DNA of 63,800 nt, counting the filler, from Octopus bimaculoides (lineage: Eukaryota): NCBI RefSeq assembly GCF_001194135.2. It is 5 parts of 5 records of this genome, joined end to end, with 100 filler letters (N's around TTAATTAATTAA, not from the genome) between each part and the next. Parts side by side here need not be neighbours in the genome. Positions count along the whole stretch, not along the records: positions 1 to 24,473 come from NC_069006.1; positions 24,574 to 42,591 come from NC_068984.1; 3 more parts are not named here. One strand, given 5' to 3'. The notes beneath the pieces are model-generated. The model saw nothing but the letters and a program-made list of their open reading frames with translations. It was not told the origin of the DNA and did no database searches. A program made the position numbers and the translations under genes. Shown here piece by piece: positions 23,776-35,189 of the stretch. Position 1 is the first letter of the stretch; the number at the start of each line of letters is the position of its first letter.

Positions 23776-23897
23776 GGACATTCTGGTGACCAGCATCGGC
23801 AGTAAGATCACCTACGAGAGTCTCCGTAAAGAAATCAGAGATATATGTAAATTTGAGTCTAAACAACCCTTTACAATGAAATGGGTGGATGAGGAAG
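23776..23897 (+). CDS. aPKC: Atypical protein kinase C, PB1 domain exon (122 nt)
   Basis: Acceptor ttttctatttgttacag|23776 and donor G|gtaagg at 23898. Encodes (G)DILVTSIGSKITYESLRKEIRDICKFESKQPFTMKWVDEEG, collinear with aPKC PB1 (human [41 protein letters not shown]), including the OPCA motif WVDEEG. Confidence 0.93.
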
Positions 23898-24473
23898 GTA
23901 AGGGGACCAACTTCTTTTCATTTCATTTTTGTCGTTGATGTTGTTATTTAGCTTTATGCTTCTCTGGATAAACTCTGGTTCATATCTTTTAAGTTTGTTT
24001 TGGGGGAATAGTTTCGCTGTGTTAGTATATGCAGCGAGCTGGCAGAATTGTTAGGATGCTGGGCAAAGCGCTTAGCGGCATTTCATCTGACTTGACATTC
24101 CGAGTTCAAATTCTACCGAGGCCAACTTTGCTTTTCTTCCTTTTGGGCTTGATAAATTAAGTACCAGTTGTGTATTGGGGTCGATGTAATCAACTTAGCC
24201 CCTTCTCTGAAATTGCTGCCCTTGTGGCAAAATTTGAAACCATTATTATTATGATCATCATTAATACTACTACTACGGTAGAAGCTGACGTACTACGACG
24301 AAATACCCAAGATGCAGATAAGATAGAGATTTTTATTTATTTACGGCCTCAAACATCTCAATACCTTGCGCTTTCTTGTTTCTCTCCATGAAATTCAATT
24401 GAATTCAGTTGTTGTCTTAAATTCATGCTTATTCATTTTCTAAGCTTCCTAAATTCATGCTACGTTATATTCT

Positions 24474-24573
24474 NNNNNNNNNNNNNNNNNNNNNNNNNNN
24501 NNNNNNNNNNNNNNNNNTTAATTAATTAANNNNNNNNNNNNNNNNNNNNNNNNNNNNNNNNNNNNNNNNNNNN
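24474..24573. other. Artificial 100-bp scaffold spacer (44 N + TTAATTAATTAA + 44 N); also at 42592-42691, 58936-59035 and 61856-61955
   Basis: Identical construction four times. TTAATTAATTAA puts stops in all six frames. Confidence 0.95.
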
Positions 24574-24846
24574 GAGATCGTTGCCAGTGCCCCTGGACTG
24601 GCTTGTGCGGGTGGCACATAAAAGACACCATTTCGAGCGTGGCCGTTGCCAGTATCGCCTGACTGGCCTTCGTGCAGGTGACACGTAAAAGCACCTACTA
24701 CACTCTCTGAGTGGTTGGCGTTAGGAAGGGCATCCAGCTGTAGAAACTCTGCCAAATTTAGATTGGAGCCTGGTGTTGCCATCCGGTTTCACCAGTCCTC
24801 AGTCAAGTCGTCCAACCCATGCTAGCATGGAAAGCGGACGTTAAAC

Positions 24847-24877
<31 letters not shown>
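24574..24877 (+). mobile_element. RTE 3' UTR copy, apparently young
   Basis: ggaagggcatccagctgtagaaactctgcc...gcatggaaagcggacgttaaac followed by (GAT)n. Confidence 0.85.
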
Positions 24878-25008
24878 TACACTACACTATACCTATAAAA
24901 AAAAATACGTACCCTATGAATATTCTTTTAATGACGAATTTGCTTAACGAAGGAGTTGTTGGAACGTAACTCGGTCGTTAAATGAGGACAGTCTGTATAT
25001 ATATACAA

Positions 25009-25054
<46 letters not shown>

Positions 25055-25109
25055 TCTTTCTTTTGTTGTTTTACCGTTTCTATCAATATATATATATATA
25101 TAAATAATT

Positions 25110-25652
25110 ATTTCTAAATCTCTGAATGAGAGACATTCAGTAACAGTATTCTAGAGTAAAAATTATTTCACAACATAATGTGGCATTCCTGGTTAGGATG
25201 ATTGTTACTGTTATTCAGCCCCAGAAAATATTGTCTCCAGCTGACTATGTGACACACTATCTGCATCCTTATATTTTCGAACCAAGGAGTTTAGCGTCTC
25301 CACTCAGCTCAAAGTAATATCTGTATACCAATGGTTTCTAGGTTATGTCCCTTCATCAGCACAGAATAACTGCTCAACTAGAGATGGGGCCACTAAACTC
25401 TTGTTCGAAATATATACTTTTCAAAGTGACACACAATTACTGATCTAATAAACAGAAAATTATTATTTCTAAATTTCTGAATGAGAGACATTCAGTAACA
25501 GTACTCTAGAGTAAAGATTATTTGCCAACTTAATGTGGAAGTCCTGGTTAGGATAATTGTTACTGTTAGTGTTAGAAAATATAAGGATGCAGATAGTATA
25601 TCGTATAGCCAGCTGGAGACAATATTTCCTGGAGCTAAATAACAGTAACAAT
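25110..25652. mobile_element. Penelope-like element pseudo-LTR remnant (tandem plus inverted copies)
   Basis: About 100-bp direct repeat (25110-25215 vs 25465-25570) and about 80-bp inverted repeat (25200-25280 vs 25570-25652) around a hammerhead. Tandem and inverted pLTRs with hammerheads are characteristic of Penelope-like elements. No ORF is seen, so the assignment is inferred. Confidence 0.55.
25321..25364 (-). ncRNA. Type I minimal hammerhead ribozyme
   Basis: Minus strand: ctgtg CUGAUGA aggg-acataa-ccta GAAA ccattg GUA tacag. Stem I is 5 bp and stem III is the palindrome acca-t-tggt. The stem II closing pair is an A.A mismatch. Confidence 0.65.
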
Positions 25653-25653
25653 A

Positions 25654-25679
25654 TCTATATATATAAAAATGAGAATGCG

Positions 25680-25722
<43 letters not shown>

Positions 25723-27001
25723 GTGAATCCCTAAAACTCGAGAACTACGCAACCAATTTCATTCAAATTTTACACATGCCTTACTTAGGGTTCCAATTGT
25801 GTTTTAGTCAAAAAAAATTATTAACTTCTTGCAGAGTTCGAGCACACGGCAACATAATATCTCCTCCACTATTTAAGTATTACGTGTCAAAAGTGAAACA
25901 AAAACACTCATGTCAAATACTTTCACTTTAAAAATGAAAGTATTCCACTAACTGAAACAATCACATTTCGATACTGTAGTGACAGATACTTTCACAGAGA
26001 GAGAAAGAGAGAAAGAGAGANNNNNNNNNNNNNNNNNNNNNNNNNNNNNNNNNNNNNNNNNNNNNNNNNNNNNNNNNNNNNNNNNNNNNNNNNNNNNNNN
26101 NNNNNNNNNNNNNNNNNNNNNNNNNNNNNNNNNNNNNNNNNNNNNNNNNNNNNNNNNNNNNNNNNNNNNNNNNNNNNNNNNNNNNNNNNNNNNNNNNNNN
26201 NNNNNNNNNNNNNNNNNNNNNNNNNNNNNNNNNNNNNNNNNNNNNNNNNNNNNNNNNNNNNNNNNNNNNNNNNNNNNNNNNNNNNNNNNNNNNNNNNNNN
26301 NNNNNNNNNNNNNNNNNNNNNNNNNNNNNNNNNNNNNNNNNNNNNNNNNNNNNNNNNNNNNNNNNNNNNNNNNNNNNNNNNNNNNNNNNNNNNNNNNNNN
26401 NNNNNNNNNNNNNNNNNNNNNNNNNNNNNNNNNNNNNNNNNNNNNNNNNNNNNNNNNNNNNNNNNNNNNNNNNNNNNNNNNNNNNNNNNNNNNNNNNNNN
26501 NNNNNNNNNNNNNNNNNNNNNNNNNNNNNNNNNNNNNNNNNNNNNNNNNNNNNNNNNNNNNNNNNNNNNNNNNNNNNNNNNNNNNNNNNNNNNNNNNNNN
26601 NNNNNNNNNNNNNNNNNNNNNNNNNNNNNNNNNNNNNNNNNNNNNNNNNNNNNNNNNNNNNNNNNNNNNNNNNNNNNNNNNNNNNNNNNNNNNNNNNNNN
26701 NNNNNNNNNNNNNNNNNNNNNNNNNNNNNNNNNNNNNNNNNNNNNNNNNNNNNNNNNNNNNNNNNNNNNNNNNNNNNNNNNNNNNNNNNNNNNNNNNNNN
26801 NNNNNNNNNTATGTACATGATCACCTTCTTTTACGAAACTTCATTGACTTTCATATATTTATATTGATATACATATATATACGTGTGTTTGGGTGCGTGT
26901 GTGTATATACATCTCTATATATAAAGATGATGCGTAGTCTAGACAGCGTTTTTAGATTTCATTATTCTCTTTAACCCGGGCAACGCCGGGTATTTCTGCT
27001 A

Positions 27002-27002
<1 letters not shown>
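25654..27002 (+). mobile_element. Non-autonomous Helitron (ends visible, middle in an N gap; may be two elements)
   Basis: A|TC 5' end at 25654 with (GTCT)n; 3' hairpin cccgggcaacgccggg followed by CTAG|T at 26999-27003. Confidence 0.65.
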
Positions 27003-27064
<62 letters not shown>

Positions 27065-27070
27065 TACATA

Positions 27071-28050
27071 CATATGCTGATGATCTTGCCATCATAGCAG
27101 ATTCCATATTAGAGCTAGAAGAGAAATTCCAGGTGCGGAAGCAAAACCTGAAATCTAAGGGCCTTAAGGTTAACTTAACAAAGTTAAAAACTGATAGAAT
27201 CCTACCCCACCAGGTAGCCCAGTTTGATTTGTAGGAAAGGTGTAGGCTGGAACTCGATACAATATACCCAATGCAAGCTATGGACACACAAGAGGTGCTG
27301 TGGATTAATAGGAATGTTATCAGCGAAGATAGTTTTCTTATGTGGAAATTGCACAGAATCCATAAAAACTTTAGATACTCAGGAAATTGGTTCTCTCAAA
27401 TGCCCTGGTGGCTCATTAGAAGTAGTAGATAATTTCTGCTACCTAGGGGACCAAATTCGTAGTGGGTTGAGGATTCATGGAGTGTGTAATGGCAAAAATA
27501 AGAATAGAATGGAGGAAATTCAGAGAGCTGTTACCTCTGATAACCATGAAAGGTTTCTCTTTCCAAGTGAAAGGAAGATTGTATGATGCATGTATATGGA
27601 CAGCAATTCTACATGGTAGTTGATAGCTCCATAAAGAAGTGCCGATCTCTCAGAGTCGATGAAACATGTGGAAGTAGGAAATCCAGGAAGACATGGGATA
27701 AGTACTGAAAAATGACCTTAGCTACTAAACCTTTCAGGTGAGATGACAAAGGATCAAGATGTCGGGCACGTTGCTGTACTCAAGAAGACTCATACTCCAC
27801 AGCAGAAGTATTAAAACTGATCCTTCTGGTGGTGTAAAGCACCCGTGCAGTGCCACATAAAAGTACCTGTGCAGCACCACACAAAAGCGCCCATGTAGTG
27901 CCATGTAAAAGTACTCAGCACACCACTCACTCTGTAAAGTGGCTGGCAGTAGGAAGGGCATCTAGCTGTAGAAACCATGCCAAATCAGATTGGAATTTGG
28001 TGCAGCTTCTCAACTGTCCAACCTGTGCCAGAATGGACAACAGGCGTTAA

Positions 28051-28080
<30 letters not shown>
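27071..28080 (+). mobile_element. 5'-truncated, degenerate RTE-type non-LTR retrotransposon
   Basis: RT motif YADDLAIIADSILELEEKFQVRKQNLKSKGLKVN from 27073, Cys/His finger ICRKGVG..CKLWTHKRC..CGNC, then EVVDNFCYLGD and KGRLYDAC. It contains frameshifts and deletions and ends in a 3' UTR with a (GAT)n tail. Confidence 0.85.
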
Positions 28081-28084
<4 letters not shown>

Positions 28085-29107
28085 CACACACACACATAAT
28101 GGATCCCGTTAGATTCCTGATGGTGTCCAGTTGTGTAACCAACTGAATTACCTGTTCATTGAATTAGCATCATCATCATCATCATCATTTAATGTCTGTT
28201 GTCCATGCTGACTTGGGTTGGACAGTTTGACTGGGCTGGCACACTGGAAGGCTGCACCAGGCTTCAGTCTGATTTGGCATGGTTTTCTATGGCTGGATGC
28301 CCTTCCTAATGGCAACCACTCCAAGAGTGTAATGGGTGCTTTTACATGCCACTGGCATGGATGCCATTTGCATGACACCAGGGTGCATTTACATACCAAT
28401 TTGTGTAACAATGTATGTAAATATTCCACAGATCAGTGGGACTGAATCTGAAACCACTTGGTTAGAAAGCATACTTCCTAACCATACAGCCATGTTTCAT
28501 AGTATGTTTCAATATTCTAATTTTTTTTTTTTTTTCATTATTGTCAATGCTTTAGAAGGAACAGGAGATCATGTATGAATCAGTGAATCATCAATAATTT
28601 CATTAAAAGGAACAAAAGATGTCTAGTATTAAAATAACATACACATGGTCAACTTTTCAGACAAAATCTATACTCCCAAAATATGTATATTTAACGTCTT
28701 TTACCCTTTCAGTTATTTTCTCAGATTTCATGGAATCCTTTTCATTGAATAATTTGTGGTTGACATGATAAAGATAGATTATTTTTTTCTGTTTGCTTGT
28801 GTTGTATTTATTTATTGGCTTCCTTCGTTTTGGTTTCTTCCTATTATAATTTTCTCTTTTCATAGATGAGGTCACTAGAGATGATGAAGAAGTAGAAGTA
28901 AAAGGAGAAGAAGAAGGAAAGAAATCATTGCCTCAGTCAGAATTGTGTTTTGGTATAACAAGAGTTTACTACGCTTGTCTGCAAGCAATGGCATTCGTAG
29001 ACATTGTAAATAGCTACGGATGTCTCAGAGCTTCCAGCCTGTACGAAATGAAATGAAATGCAAACACAAATGTACACACACACAGAAACACAGACACACA
29101 CGCACAC

Positions 29108-29162
<55 letters not shown>

Positions 29163-29291
29163 AATAATGTAAATAATTAATTTTCTAGAAACAGTAGAAA
29201 GCTTGGAGGACATAGGTAAGCTTGTTACAGAAAATATAAGCACACACACATTAATAATTGTGTGTGCATATGTGTGTACTATGTATGATGA

Positions 29292-29323
<32 letters not shown>

Positions 29324-29924
29324 ATGTATATATATATGTACCTGTATGTGTGTGTGTGTACATATGTAAGTATATATATATGCAATTATATATCCTAGTA
29401 TGTATATATATTTGTATATATATACATATATTTATCAGCAACAAGTTTACGTACACATGTTCTCCATGTTGACTGATTATCTTCTGGAAGGTTATCTGTT
29501 TACACAACTGGTGGATTCTCTTACTAGTCTTGATGATGAGTATCCAGTTGTTCAACTAGCTGAATTCTTACTCACAAAATTAGTAAATAAATGGCTGAAT
29601 ATTCCAAAGACACAAGTGTCATTTCTAATTTCTGTTTTTATGCATATACTCAAGAGAAAGCTTTAACACAATGTCCTAATCAAATCTGTATCATACAACA
29701 AGGCAAAGCTGGTCCATTCAATTAAAATTACAATCTAGTTACAAATTGGTAAGGAAGGAGAGAAGGAGGCTTATTCTGGGCTAGTACATCATTTATCAAC
29801 CCTGAAAGGATAAAAGCCAAAATGGACCTCAGTAGGATTTGAACTTAATATGCACAGATCCAAAATAATTACTACAAGACATTTTATCTGATGCCCTGAG
29901 GGTTCTGCCTATTCATTATTCATA

Positions 29925-30800
29925 TACTGGGTGTTCAAGCTCCATTTAACAACGTTTTTTTATATCTCCTTTTTTCAGGAACAGCTTGATGTCTTGGTGA
30001 ACAGTCAATGGCATTGGAGAGCATAAAAATTGAAGATGTAGCTGAGAAATAGTTAGCTGACATGGTGGACTGGAAGCCATCTAAATATTGGAAAAGAGTT
30101 ACCTGTATCATGGTGATTTGTGCTGTTAGTTAAAATGCCAACATCATGACTGCTGCTCGGTGCTCTATGAACACTGTAAAAGCTGTGAAACATGACATGG
30201 CCAACTGTGACCAGCAGGAAGAGACACAGTAGGCATTCTGACTGTATCCTCATCCCAAAATTCATCCCCACATCTTTGAACAGAGCCTTAGGCTCAATTC
30301 AGATAGCTATATGATGCTGCTGGAGACTTAGTCAATCCCTGGCAGGAGAGAGCTGCTGCTGGAAGGCCATGTGAATGGCAGGAGGATTCATCTCCTTGCC
30401 ATATCTCTGGAAAAGTTCAGAAGTAGTTGCTGGAGAGTTTCTATCATTTCACTAGCCCCAATTTCTAGCCTTCTAATTTCCCCAGTTGTAATCCCATGGA
30501 TTACTGTGTGGGGAATAATTGAGAAAGAACCAACCACTCTGTCTGCAACACCAAGGTTGAGCTGGAGGACAGCTATTTTGATTAAATTGTTATCTCCCAG
30601 CCATAATCTTGTTGAAATTTTTTAAAATACTTACATTTTTGGATGGAATATTTTATTTTGCTTTCCTATTATGCAAACTGTTGAATTTAGCTTAAACATC
30701 ATGTAAATTGTGTTTTAATTGTTCAGATATCCACAATAATTGAATCCTTAGCTGCATTCAGCTTAAAAGGTGTATCCTTATTTGTTGTTCATAAGCTGTA
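29925..30800 (+). mobile_element. Tc1/mariner (maT/DD37D-like) transposon relic
   Basis: GRPCEWQEDSSPCHISGKVQK*LLESFYHFTSPNF*PSNFPSCNPMDY matches the second and third catalytic regions (WQQDSAPCH..WPPNSPDCNPMDY). The ends are approximate. Confidence 0.7.
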
Positions 30801-31532
30801 TTTTATTTGCAGAGTCGTCACCTGGTGAAGAATTGCTGCAGACATCTAATAAGATTGCTGCAAGGCATTTTAAGAAAGTAAAAGTACTACTTAGTTGTTA
30901 GTTAAGCTATTCTGTCAAGATTAACTATTATAACAAAGAAGTGTTAAACAGTTAATGTAGTATGAATCAAATACCATAATGTACATTTTCAAATCAGCCA
31001 TATATTTATTCTCATTACATTACTTTACTTGACCAGAAAGCTGTTATACTCAGTCAGAGAAAAGTCCTGCGTGGATGAATTAATGATAAACAAGTATTAT
31101 TTCCATTGTCTGTTTTGGGGTATATCCATTAGAGAATGAGATGAAAATTGTGTGTCGACTAAATACATATTTCCTGCTGTCTCGGATAGTGTGTATGTGA
31201 AAAAGAGAAATGGAATAAATGTGAAGGTGAGAGAGAGGTGAGAAAATGTGAACAACTTGTCTCTTGATACTGTTGCAGGTGATTGTAATGCCCAACTGCC
31301 TTTACATGATCTCTGATAAGAATTTTGTGTACAACTTAATTATGGTAAACATGAAATGTTCCAGAATGTTCAATCTGCATTTTGCTATGTAAATATAGCA
31401 GGCTGGAGTAAGTATTTGATGTTCTCTAACAACCTATGACAGTGGCCATGAGATATAATGGGTTGGAATAAATGGTGAAAGTGTAATTTATAGTATTACT
31501 CCAAGTTCAACCATAAAAACAAATTATATATT

Positions 31533-31582
<50 letters not shown>

Positions 31583-31991
31583 ACATGTATATGCATGCAT
31601 GTATATATGTTACTAACCTTGAGAGATCCTCTCATATAGGTGCTTGGTGCATAAAAGCACATATATAGATCATAGTAAATGATAATCGTCTGTCATCGGC
31701 ACCAGAATTCCCATACCACATGATTTCATTCTACTGGAAATGTGATGATCAGATGCTTCTCACTGATGGTTTCCAGTAGAATGAAATTACATGATATGGG
31801 AATTCTGGCATCCATGACAGATGCTTCTTGTCTGCAATGATCTCTATGTGTGTTTTTATGCACCAAAGACTAACAACCCAGTATTTATTGTTTTAACAAG
31901 ACATCCATGTTAAGTTGGATGTAAAGATTTCCTTTTGGTATTGATACTGCTTCTGCCACTAATAATTAACATATGTGTGTGTGTGTATATA

Positions 31992-32049
<58 letters not shown>

Positions 32050-32249
32050 ACAAGTTGTCAAAAGTATTTTTTCGTATTTCAAGTTTTAATCAATAGTTCA
32101 AACAAATTACATATTGACAGCATTTATTCATCAAAATACATCCCATCATATTCTATTGACTGTCACCATCAATGTGCCCAAAGTTCAATTTTATGCTTAT
32201 ACCATTTGGCTGGTTTAGAAGCAAGAACTCCCTGTACCCATTTTTAACC

Positions 32250-32870
32250 TCATGCACATTGTTGAACATCTGTCTGTTTAATAGATGAGTCAGAGTTCAG
32301 AGATACTGCCAGTCTGATGGTGCAAGGTGTAGACTGTGGGCAGGGTGAGGCAGCACTTCCAGTCCATCAAGTTCCTTAAGTTTGTGTTTGGTCACATTGT
32401 CATGCTGTAGGAGTGTGTGTCTTTAACTGACCAATGCTGGATAGCAGGCTTTCAATATTTCATTTACTCACTGCAGTTGTTGGGCACAAAAGTTAGTGTT
32501 CACAGCATGAGCACGTGGGACAAACTCAAAGGGAAACATCCCATGGAATTCCACCAAACACATAACATGACCTTCTGTTGAAACCGCCTTTGTTTAACAA
32601 CAGGTTCTGAAGCCTATCCAGAATGAAACTACTGATTTCTCTCATTAGGATTACAAAAATAGATACATTTTTCTTTCTTAGTTACAATTCAATGCCAAAA
32701 ACAAGCATTTCAAGGATTTGCTAGCAGTTGCTTGCAAATGTTAACACATCATTGAGTCTGGTCATCGGTCAGTCCATGAGGAACTTCTCAACAGTGTCTG
32801 TTGACAAAGCCAAGCTTATGGAGGTGTAGCTAACCCTCCCATCTCCCATATTTTGTAAATATAACTAAAT
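32250..32870 (-). mobile_element. Mariner transposase relic
   Basis: KVMLCVWWNS and LPHPAHSLHLAPSDW (degenerate YSPDLAPSDY). Confidence 0.75.
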
Positions 32871-33834
32871 GAATAAATAAATAAATTGGATTCTTTTAAT
32901 GAAATGGAAGCCAAATTTGTGCAGTGGTCTATCACACAATTTTCTTATGCTATCCTACCAAACTTGTGTTATTTTTAGATATTCATACAGACTGGCACCC
33001 CGTGTATTAAATTTGTATGGAAATCTTTTAAGAAACTGAGGAATTATATAATGAAAGTATACCAAACTTTGGTGCACCATCAGTCATGTTTCTACTTCCT
33101 AATAACACAATGTTCCATTAAATTTCTAATACTGACAAAGATCTTGATGAAAATGTGTAAAACAATTTAACAGTGTATCTGGTTAAAATATTATATTTCT
33201 AAGAAAAATCAGGACTCCTCAAAACTGTTAGTTCCCCCCACTCTATCATAATGCTCCCTTGATATTTGCTGCCCACTTAAAGTGATCCCAAGAGGTGTTG
33301 TTGCTTACATTAAATTGCTGATCTATGTGAAACATAATGAAATGTATCTAATTTCCTTTCGTGTTCTGAAACATATTTCGAAACCTAACACTTTTCCTCA
33401 AAGATATAAATATCCTTAATGTAATCCAATACAATTAATATTGGGTCCAAATTTTGGCTCAAGGCCAGCAATTTCAGGGCTGGATAAGGTCAATTACATC
33501 AGCCCCAATGCTCAACTGGTACTTATTTAATCAACCCTCAAAGGAGGCAGGCAAAGTTGTCCTTGACAGAATTTGAACTCAGAACATAAAGATGGGCAAA
33601 TTGTTACATATATATTGTGATCTATCTCTCTTTCTTTTCTTTTCTTACTCAAAGTATCTTTTCTCTTCCTACTGGATACTTTGCTAGCGTCCTTAACACA
33701 CTCCTTTTTTTCTCCTTTTCTTTCTCTTCATTTTTCTCTTTTTTTTCTCTTTCTCTCGCTCATTTTTACGTTTCTTTTTCTCTCTCGCCTTCCTAAGCTT
33801 AAGGTGCACTTCCCATTTCTCTCGTCTGTAATAA

Positions 33835-34200
33835 CTGACCTGTATATGTATACACCAAGAGATTTTTGTGCGCATGCATCTATGTGTACATATATGTATA
33901 TATGTATTTGTGTATATATTTATGTCTTACATGTATATGTATACACCAAGAGATTTTTGTGCGCATGCATCTATGTGTACATATATTTATATATGTATTT
34001 GTGTATATATTTATGTCTTACATGTATATGGATACACCAAGAGATTTTGTGTGCGTGCATCTATGTGTACATATATTTATATATGTATTTGTGTATATAT
34101 TTATGTCTTACATGTATATGGATACACCAAGAGATTTTGTGTGCGTGCATGTATGCGTACATATATGTATATGGGTATTTGTGTATATATCTATGTCTTA
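33835..34200. repeat. Minisatellite, four units of 90-91 bp
   Basis: tacaccaagag recurs at 33851, 33942, 34033 and 34123. Confidence 0.9.
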
Positions 34201-35148
34201 CATATATATGTCTGTATGTGTATATAACTATGTGCATGCATCTGTGTATTTTGGTGCATATATGTATATTATAGATTGTCTAGTATGTGTATATTCTGCT
34301 GAAGAAATATTTATGTAATACAGCGTGAACATTTTCAATTTTAATTTTAATGTATTTATTAATTTTATTTCGCATATATTTATTTACCATATGTATTTGG
34401 AATCTGTCCTTTGATTTAAAATTTTCTTCGATTTTACAATTTATTCTGAATTTATTTTGTTCATTGCATGCTTAAGACCGTTAACTGAAAGGACCAATGA
34501 AACAAAGCCATTTCAAAGGTGTATCCTTTGTTTGATTATATCGTCATTTCTGTTCCATTCTAACAAAACTCCAACAAAGGGGAACGTGAAACCCTGAGTA
34601 ACAGTTTTTGTGATATTTCTGCTGCTTTTTAATAAAGCATATTACTCTACCTCTGGTATTTGAGTACTCTTTTTTTCCACCTTGTTTCACATTTATGTGC
34701 TTACTCCAGTATATATACATATATATACATATATGTATACACATATATATACATATGTACATACATACATATATATATATATATATACATACATACATAT
34801 ATATATATATACGTATATATACACACACACACACACACATATAAATATATATATATATAAATCAATGGCTAACTAGCCCAATTGACTTGCTTCTTCTTGT
34901 GTTTGTTTCTCCATTCTCCACTCAATTATAATTATAAACTGCGGTTTAAATGATAAATTACCTGCCTCTGGATANNNNNNNNNNNNNNNNNNNNNNNNNN
35001 NNNNNNNNNNNNNNNNNNNNNNNNNNNNNNNNNNNNNNNNNNNNNNNNNNNNNNNNNNNNNNNNNNNNNNNNNNNNNNNNNNNNNNNNNNNNNNNNNNNN
35101 NNNNNNNNNNNNNNNNNNNNNNNNNNNNNNNNNNNNNNNNNNNNNNNN

Positions 35149-35189
<41 letters not shown>

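Noticed and set aside
24518-24529. TTAATTAATTAA palindrome recurring four times
   Set aside because: Always centred in exactly 44+44 N; it is an assembly spacer with six-frame stops and not biological.
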